In this document: piece after piece, positions 58,901 to 64,000 of the stretch
Numbering within the stretch: the first letter of the stretch is position 1
How the letters are laid out: each line of letters starts with the position of its first letter
Position numbers and translations under genes: made by a program
From: Cenarchaeum sp.
GTDB taxonomy: Archaea; Thermoproteota; Nitrososphaeria; Nitrososphaerales; Nitrosopumilaceae
Length of the DNA stretch: 64,000 bases
NCBI GenBank assembly: GCA_963693095.2
Contig: OY843768.1
Location: forward strand, 1,408,001 to 1,472,000
Direction: 5' to 3'
Notes under the pieces: generated by a model
What the model saw: only the letters and a program-made list of their open reading frames with translations
Databases searched by the model: none
Told to the model about the DNA's origin: nothing

Positions 58901-60361
58901 AAGTCCAAGATACGCCTCTGTCTTTCCACCACCGGTTGGGAACCATAGAATGTCACAAAAATCTTTATCTTGTTTATTGTCTGGAATGAGACCCGGCAAT
59001 GTTTGTAAGATAAATGCTATTTGAAATGTATGCCAAGAAAAGTGTGCGTCATTATCGTTGCTATCCCATTGGTGTTTCATATGCATAGCCTCGTTCATAA
59101 AGCAAAATGCCAATCGTGCTTTTTCGTTACACAATAATAAATCAATCCCTTTTTGGATACGATCTGCACACTGATAACATTGTTCAATATTTTCATCAAG
59201 TAAATCATTTTTGGTAGAATAAGTTTCTTGTTGATCAGATATCCATTGTTTGTATTCTGTGACAATTGGTGTGAATGTAGAAGAGATAGAATTAACATCC
59301 CACAAGTCAGCAAGGCGATCTGCATTAAATCTGTCAGAATTACCTCGAATTTCAGGTTGGCGAACAACATACATTGGTAAATATTCGGTACGTATGTCAG
59401 AATTTTGAAATTTTTGAAGAACATCATCTGGCATTATTGATGATTGTGCATCAGGCCACATCATGGAGCAAAAATCTTGATTCGCGGAATCAGAAGCAGG
59501 ATCTATATCTTTCCACATAACCCCACACAGATGTCCACGACCTTTATTGGCCTTGTTTTGATATAAATAATCATTGTTTGTTTTATCGGCAAATGGTGTT
59601 CCAAGATCTTCAACGGATGAGTCAGAGCCGCATATAACGCGAATTTGTGGTTGAAAAATCGACAATACATTGTTTTGTCTTTTGTTGGGTTTGGTTCCAG
59701 AATATGGCGATTCGTTAACAAGAAATATAGATACATGCCATTTATTATTTTCAACGTAACGTGTATAGACATAAAGCTTTGCATCATTGCTTCCAATATT
59801 ATGAATAAATGAATTTGAAGGCAACAGAGGGGTAGCGATTTTAGAAACATCGATCAGGTCAGAAACCATCAGACTAGGGTGACGTTTGTATGTTCCCGGA
59901 GCATGGACTAGCTCGTATTTGCCCCACGTGCAACATATCTGAATTAGTGGCGGGGCACCTGCAACGACAAATGATAGACCCATTGAGTATGCACCCTGCA
60001 TTAGGTTAAGGTCAGAATCAACACTAATTTTATAGTCTGTTTCATCTGATTCAAAGTCGGAATCTCCATGATGTAAATTGTCGGGAAAATTTGCCTTTTC
60101 GTATGGATCGGGAGGGATGTTAAAATCAGGTTTGTCAGAAGAACGAAGACGGGGGTTAAGAATTCCCATGGTGTATTGAACTGATGGATTTTCGATTACC
60201 TCATCAGGTCCACATCTAGGTCCAAGCATATCTTCAAAAAGTGATTTGACCATATAGGTACGAGCTAAACCTGAGAATAGACTCTCTGTAGATGTAAAAT
60301 TAGAATTATTAGTTTCAGAATTTGAATGGTTGTCTGTATGCTCAGTGGTAGGTTGTGTCAA
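55937..60361 (-). CDS. drmA: DISARM SF2 helicase DrmA (1474 aa, enlarged)
   Basis: WFPTGGGKTEAY, RYTLRLLTIQQF, IIQDELHLIEGPLGS, STAT, GIDIDRLG, YIQSTGRIGR, RDLSHYE. Confidence 0.92.
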   Translation of the reverse strand: MTQPTTEHTDNHSNSETNNSNFTSTESLFSGLARTYMVKSLFEDMLGPRCGPDEVIENPSVQYTMGILNPRLRSSDKPDFNIPPDPYEKANFPDNLHHGDSDFESDETDYKISVDSDLNLMQGAYSMGLSFVVAGAPPLIQICCTWGKYELVHAPGTYKRHPSLMVSDLIDVSKIATPLLPSNSFIHNIGSNDAKLYVYTRYVENNKWHVSIFLVNESPYSGTKPNKRQNNVLSIFQPQIRVICGSDSSVEDLGTPFADKTNNDYLYQNKANKGRGHLCGVMWKDIDPASDSANQDFCSMMWPDAQSSIMPDDVLQKFQNSDIRTEYLPMYVVRQPEIRGNSDRFNADRLADLWDVNSISSTFTPIVTEYKQWISDQQETYSTKNDLLDENIEQCYQCADRIQKGIDLLLCNEKARLAFCFMNEAMHMKHQWDSNDNDAHFSWHTFQIAFILQTLPGLIPDNKQDKDFCDILWFPTGGGKTEAYLGLMAFTFAYRRLVTYKDFQTDGGVSIISRYTLRLLTIQQFSRTLGLILASDMLRVKHWLPRNVEFTDPDLIERDSRKNLWGQNRFSLGLWIGDITPNRFEQVGSFLNAEGALSPLPPGTSRGNSGEPAQITKCPCCGSLLAISDKEITNREIFTITWIVETNMVSEEFDSIDNSKFCGNGHIICKKDGSPAKSLSRIHTNEHGTYCALRVHFRTNHLSSDNIDKWWRDDIMRALKLTKYSVPLQCTRASRPGYFFLYENNSNKRFDFSIHCPNPDCLTWEIPWFEKTMPRGQTLIAKPFVSQNDPNKSISTPISAFTIDPQVYGRCPTVIIATTDKFAQLAFKPEAASIFGNVDTYHMFDGFHRAGTYKDDSLSDPVPNFYPPSLIIQDELHLIEGPLGSMVGLYEIAIDILSSPGTPKIKYIASTATIKESSRQVAVVYRRTARVFPPPGIRDGDNYFSKIDEDPSCSCDTPGRLYIGLLAPRSMLLGLVRIYASLLSSIYRLHKSPKSQAMPANLDAYWTLVGYFNAIRELAIARNLYNSDIIRDVKKLSSKNDFSISHRLDNSQFDPGTRFIPVLLSHDSDLVSITIYCSNESGEMSVALYDNNPIDDTPSKLLSNTTDEFVKRCHKNANELLLETPIPSSRGTLVWVAIHNYSSTTSFQCGASDRKSHITNKFQIKNNKIVFSSVEQTSKIPESIMVSLNYSHRYLDQTKAVELSSSVKSLDLPKAMEDLEKPGKIDALFTTSIFGTGIDIDRLGLMTVVGQPKSTSSYIQSTGRIGRKHPGLVITWLRATRVRDLSHYENFVGYHRAINRFVEPISASPFSEKALKTCLGPIIVAILRNAGHIAQQPVSADWQNNPNYMIGHHKNDEITALCTSLTQIFDSAKTLLSNLSPDSDLPVSSDEFTLLFNDAICIWNSCANRISRDYGDKFIYNQSTRAKLKNHVVLGTKHHQMAGKISAYKNVHYSLRDVEPTFTMGEKWGFVSDA

Positions 60362-60413
60362 TGTAGAACGTTACCTCTGGACAAAATGAACTTAATCAAC
60401 ATGGACAATTTGT

Positions 60414-61436
60414 TTACCTCGTAGACTGTGCGCGTAGGGTTTTTCTGCGCGGGTGGCGAACAATCATTCGATGGGCAGTTATATGAGGCACCATATGTTT
60501 GGCTATTTCAGAGACTATTGGAGGAACCACCGCATTGCCTAATTGTCGGTATGCGTGAGAATCGGAGACGTGTAGCTTGAAGTTTTTGGGAAAACCCATG
60601 AGTAGAGCGCATTCTTTTGGTGTAAGTCGGCGCGGGTTTTTCCGTGATCCCTGGTAGACGAGGATTTCAGCCCCATCCTTGTAGTAGCGGGCACTCAGAG
60701 TTCTTGATGCACCGTCAAGGTCAGCCAAGCCATATCCAAACCCATTTCCTTTTTTTCGGTTTCTTTCTGCATGACGTTTCAGCGCAGACCACACGCCGTC
60801 AGTTAGCGTGTATTTTGCATCCGGTGAGCTGTCCAAGATTTTTTTGAGTTTGGGGCCTGATCCGGAAAATTGCGGAAATGCAAAGTTTGTGGGCTCGGCA
60901 AACCCAACCAAGAAAAGGCGCTCCCTGTGCTGGGGAACTGCGGATCGGGCATCAATTACCTCATGGCGTATATCATAACCGAGTTTTTTCAGCTCTTTTT
61001 CGATGATCATGAGCGTTCGACCCCCATCATGTGAACGGAGATTTTTGACATTCTCCAAGAGAAATGCCCGTGGACGTTTGGCTCGGAGTATACGGACGAT
61101 CTCAAAGAACAGGTCTCCCTGTGACGAGTCAGCAAACCCGTCAGGCCTGTTCATACTTCGCTTTTTGGACACGCCGGCCAGAGAGAACGGCTGGCAGGGA
61201 AAGCCCGCCACGAGCACATCATGATCGGGTATTTCAGAGGGCCGGATTTGGCGAATGTCCCCAGATGGAACATCCCCAAAATTAGACTCATAGGTGTTGC
61301 GGGAGTGCTCGTTCAGCTCGGAGGAAAAGACACACCGCCCACCGGCCTTTTCGAATGCCATACGCATTCCCCCAATTCCGGCAAATAGATCGATGAACGT
61401 GAATTTAGATCGCTGTCTGGTAGGCAATTCTGTCAA
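60414..61436 (-). CDS. drmMII: Dcm/EcoRII-like DNA (cytosine-5)-methyltransferase, DISARM DrmMII
   Basis: DLFAGIGG, GFPCQPFS, ENVKNL, PQHRER; TRD GNGFGYG...RTLSARYYKDGAEIL resembles CCWGG-specific Dcm. Confidence 0.9.
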   Translation of the reverse strand: MTELPTRQRSKFTFIDLFAGIGGMRMAFEKAGGRCVFSSELNEHSRNTYESNFGDVPSGDIRQIRPSEIPDHDVLVAGFPCQPFSLAGVSKKRSMNRPDGFADSSQGDLFFEIVRILRAKRPRAFLLENVKNLRSHDGGRTLMIIEKELKKLGYDIRHEVIDARSAVPQHRERLFLVGFAEPTNFAFPQFSGSGPKLKKILDSSPDAKYTLTDGVWSALKRHAERNRKKGNGFGYGLADLDGASRTLSARYYKDGAEILVYQGSRKNPRRLTPKECALLMGFPKNFKLHVSDSHAYRQLGNAVVPPIVSEIAKHMVPHITAHRMIVRHPRRKTLRAQSTR

Positions 61437-61456
61437 GGCGCCGTACGGTATACTAC

Positions 61457-61466
61457 GTTATAAGGA
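61457..61466 (-). promoter_or_regulatory. putative TATA box of the DISARM operon
   Basis: CTTATAA on the minus strand ~25 bp upstream of the drmMII TTG start. Confidence 0.5.
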
Positions 61467-61480
61467 TAATGGACAACTGC

Positions 61481-61647
61481 ACAGGCGTGCGAGAACAGGC
61501 GTGCGAGAACAGGCGTGCGAGAACAGGCGTGCGAGAACAGGCGTGCGAGAACAGGCGTGCGAGAACAGGCGTGCGAGAACAGGCGTGCGAGAACAGGCGT
61601 GCGAGAACAGGCGTGCGAGAACAGGCGTGCGAGAACAGGCGTGCGAG
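61481..61647. repeat. perfect tandem repeat, 14-bp unit ACAGGCGTGCGAGA, 11 full copies plus 13/14
   Basis: Read directly; no spacers. Confidence 0.97.
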
Positions 61648-61692
61648 GCCAATACTGTGAATCAAATGCCAGTGTTCCATCCTGATCGCAGC

Positions 61693-64000
61693 CTAGCTTT
61701 CCGCATCACGCGTGGCCGGCGTGTAGACGACGGTCGGCGTACTAGCCGTGCCTCCAAAGTCACCGTGCGTGAGTGCAAACCCCATGTCACCCGAGAGGCG
61801 CAGTGTGCGCACAAACTCGCCTGACGCGTCATCTGCAACCCCCACGGCCGCCTCGCCGTTGACAATCCACTCAGCTGCCACAATGTCCCCGATCACAGGC
61901 TCGTCGAGGGTCACCGTTGTGACAGTCGCCGATGTCGTGTGCGCCGATGCGATCGTCGGAGGCCTAGTGTCGATCTCTATTGCTCCAGAGGCACCCTGGA
62001 CCGCAGTCGCCGTCACACCCGTCGAGCCGTCAATCGCCGTGACCTCAAAGGTGAGCAGGCCAGAAACTGCGTCGCCTGCCACCGTGTGCACGTGCGTCCA
62101 GGTCTGCCGATAGTCCCCCGGCGCGTCGACCATGGTGAGCGCAGGACCGCCGAGGATGGAGACTGTTGGGTCTGCGCTGATGCCGGCCGGCTCGTTGAGC
62201 GTTGCAGTGATGACAATGTCATGGCCGATGCCGGCCGTGCGCGCGCCCAGGCCGCTCCGCTGCACCTTTGGCGTCTGCACGCTGTCGTCATCGTCCTCCA
62301 CCACAATGGCCGAGACGGCAACGGTGAGCGCAGTCGTATCGGTGCCGGCCGGAATTGTTCCAGAGACTGCAGTCGACATGCGCGGCAGGTATGCCTGGCA
62401 CACCGGATCTATTGTGTCGCTGTGCAGGCATGTGCGCTCTGTCTCAAAGTTTGGCGTGGCGACCGGAAGGTATCGCACTGTCGGAGCAACGTCTGCCGGC
62501 TGGGCCGAGGTGTCCGGAAGTGTGAGGGACATGCTTATGCCGTCGGCAGAGAGTTTATGGGACGCAAACTCTAGGTGGCGCGCGACGTCACCGGCCGCAC
62601 CAGGAAACGTCGCAGGCGTCAGGTCTATTATCCAGCTCGATGGCGTGGACTCGGCAAATCCTAGCAGCCGTTCTGTGAACGTGACTGTCATCGTTGTCGG
62701 TGACGTGAGCGCCGCCGTGAATGCCGGAACGAGATTCGTGCCAAACCGGAACGGAATATTCACAAGCTGCGGGTTGTCAGCCGGTGTCAGGTCACCGGCA
62801 ATATGCCTCTTTAGCGTCGTGGGGATGGTGACTGTGTGCGACGGAGCCGATGGTCTTGTCGCATCGAGCTGAATCGAGACGTACGATCCGTCGGCCTCGG
62901 CGGCGCTGACGGTTCCGTCAAACGCAGCTCCTATGGCGGCGTCGGACGGCAGCGCACCTCGTTCAGGCATCACGCGCAGCGTCCCCCACGGACCGTCCGT
63001 GCGCGAGGCCGGATGCGGCGGATCGGCAAGCGTCCGGCGATCAGGGGCGTTGCCCGGAAAGTAGACTAGCACGCGCGAGGCGTCTGGTGAGGCATCAGAC
63101 GGGATGATGCGCAGTGACACGGACTCTTGCGAGCCGGCAAACGCAGAGCCGTCTGAGCCCATTATCGTCGGCGGCAGGCGGACAGAGTATGCGACGTCGC
63201 CCCTGGCCTCGTACGTGCTGCCACGCTCATCGACGAGCGAGACGACTAGCGTTCGCGGGCCGTCAGGCGCGACCCTGTTGGATATGGGAAGCGGCGGGAT
63301 CGGCAGGCATTGGGGCTGGAGGCTGCCCTGTGCAGAGCACGCTGGATCCTCGGGCATGTCCGGCGGCGCCTCGCCCCGCACGACGTCAAGCGAAGAGGGC
63401 ACCGAGGAGTGGTCGATATCGGCGCCAAAGAGGACGCGAATCTCGCCATATGCGGCAAACTCGGCACTCACCACGCGAGGCGGGCCGGCGACTGCCACAG
63501 TCACCGGCGAGGCCAGCGCGTTTGCGGGCTGCGCGGTGTCCACTATGGAGAGCCGTCGTGTCGTGTCAGCCGGCGCGTACATTATCGACACCCCCTCGCC
63601 GAGCGTCGCGTGATCGGTGGCAGTCGCACCTAGCGTGACTGTGCGTCGCGCAAGGTCCACCATAACTGATGACGGCACGATTCCCTCGGGGCTCGACCCG
63701 GAGACGAGGCGCCAGTCATCTGCAATGGGAGCCGACTTTGTCGGCGCGAGCATGACGGCTTCGCTGAACGTGACCACATAGGATGGCGCAGACTCGTCAA
63801 ACGGGTCAGCACGGTGCGCCGTAAACTCTGGGGGCGCGCCGTCTGTGGCCAGCGTGTCAAAGACACGAAGCGGCAGGTGGCCGTCTCGTGACAGGCTGTC
63901 AGAGACATCAGAGTATATCACGCGCGGCTGCTGGCCGGTCGAGTCTAGCGCGCTGTGCGTTATGGTCATCGTCGTGACCGGCGAGCCCTGTGGTATCGTG
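61693..64000 (-). CDS. large repetitive surface/adhesin-like protein (C-terminal part; frame is open to the window edge)
   Basis: Thr/Ala/Pro/Val-rich beta repeats (VVTFSEAV, TMTVTFTE, TVTLDEPV...VVYTP), SwmB/Ig-like. Confidence 0.8.
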   Translation of the reverse strand, partial: TIPQGSPVTTMTITHSALDSTGQQPRVIYSDVSDSLSRDGHLPLRVFDTLATDGAPPEFTAHRADPFDESAPSYVVTFSEAVMLAPTKSAPIADDWRLVSGSSPEGIVPSSVMVDLARRTVTLGATATDHATLGEGVSIMYAPADTTRRLSIVDTAQPANALASPVTVAVAGPPRVVSAEFAAYGEIRVLFGADIDHSSVPSSLDVVRGEAPPDMPEDPACSAQGSLQPQCLPIPPLPISNRVAPDGPRTLVVSLVDERGSTYEARGDVAYSVRLPPTIMGSDGSAFAGSQESVSLRIIPSDASPDASRVLVYFPGNAPDRRTLADPPHPASRTDGPWGTLRVMPERGALPSDAAIGAAFDGTVSAAEADGSYVSIQLDATRPSAPSHTVTIPTTLKRHIAGDLTPADNPQLVNIPFRFGTNLVPAFTAALTSPTTMTVTFTERLLGFAESTPSSWIIDLTPATFPGAAGDVARHLEFASHKLSADGISMSLTLPDTSAQPADVAPTVRYLPVATPNFETERTCLHSDTIDPVCQAYLPRMSTAVSGTIPAGTDTTALTVAVSAIVVEDDDDSVQTPKVQRSGLGARTAGIGHDIVITATLNEPAGISADPTVSILGGPALTMVDAPGDYRQTWTHVHTVAGDAVSGLLTFEVTAIDGSTGVTATAVQGASGAIEIDTRPPTIASAHTTSATVTTVTLDEPVIGDIVAAEWIVNGEAAVGVADDASGEFVRTLRLSGDMGFALTHGDFGGTASTPTVVYTPATRDAES

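Larger units (their letters stand above)
52000..61690. mobile_element. low-GC defence island (DISARM class II-like); no integrase or att sites seen
   Basis: Abrupt switch from GC-rich to AT-rich sequence near 52000 and back near 61690; five co-oriented genes. Confidence 0.75.

Noticed and set aside
61481-61647. CRISPR array or repeat-protein ORFs (TGVREQACENRRAR)n
   Set aside because: There are no spacers and no cas genes. The ORFs on both strands arise only because the 14-mer lacks stop codons.
51960-61700. att sites, target-site duplication or integrase for the island
   Set aside because: No matching direct repeats seen by eye at the two junctions, and no recombinase gene

Overview
This is a high-GC ammonia-oxidising archaeon (Nitrososphaerota, Nitrosopumilaceae), by inference Cenarchaeum-like and possibly a sponge symbiont. 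The backbone carries the A1Ao ATP synthase genes (atpI partial, atpE/A/B/D, and atpK 42 kb away next to pyrI/pyrB) and a complete urea cluster (DUR3, ureABC divergent from ureEFGD). It also carries information-processing genes (eIF2-gamma, rps6e, TFE-beta/Rpc34 homolog, rlmE, trm1, rnhB, fibrillarin, nop5, ksgA, rpo4, rpl21e, radA), pyrimidine genes, a probable GDGT ring synthase, tRNA-Ser(GCT) and tRNA-Ile2(CAT). Behind the tRNA-Ile2 lies a C/D-box guide sRNA missed by the ORF track. Its two guides match 23S rRNA sites equivalent to E. coli A1913 and A1938. Low-GC insertions comprise an orphan C5-DNA methyltransferase, a Fic gene and a ~9.5 kb class II DISARM-like island (Dcm-like drmMII, enlarged drmA, drmB, drmC, plus a translationally coupled 482-aa unknown gene). 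A 14-bp x ~12 tandem array abuts the island promoter. The window ends inside a large repetitive surface-protein gene. All calls are from reading motifs by eye; no searches were run.
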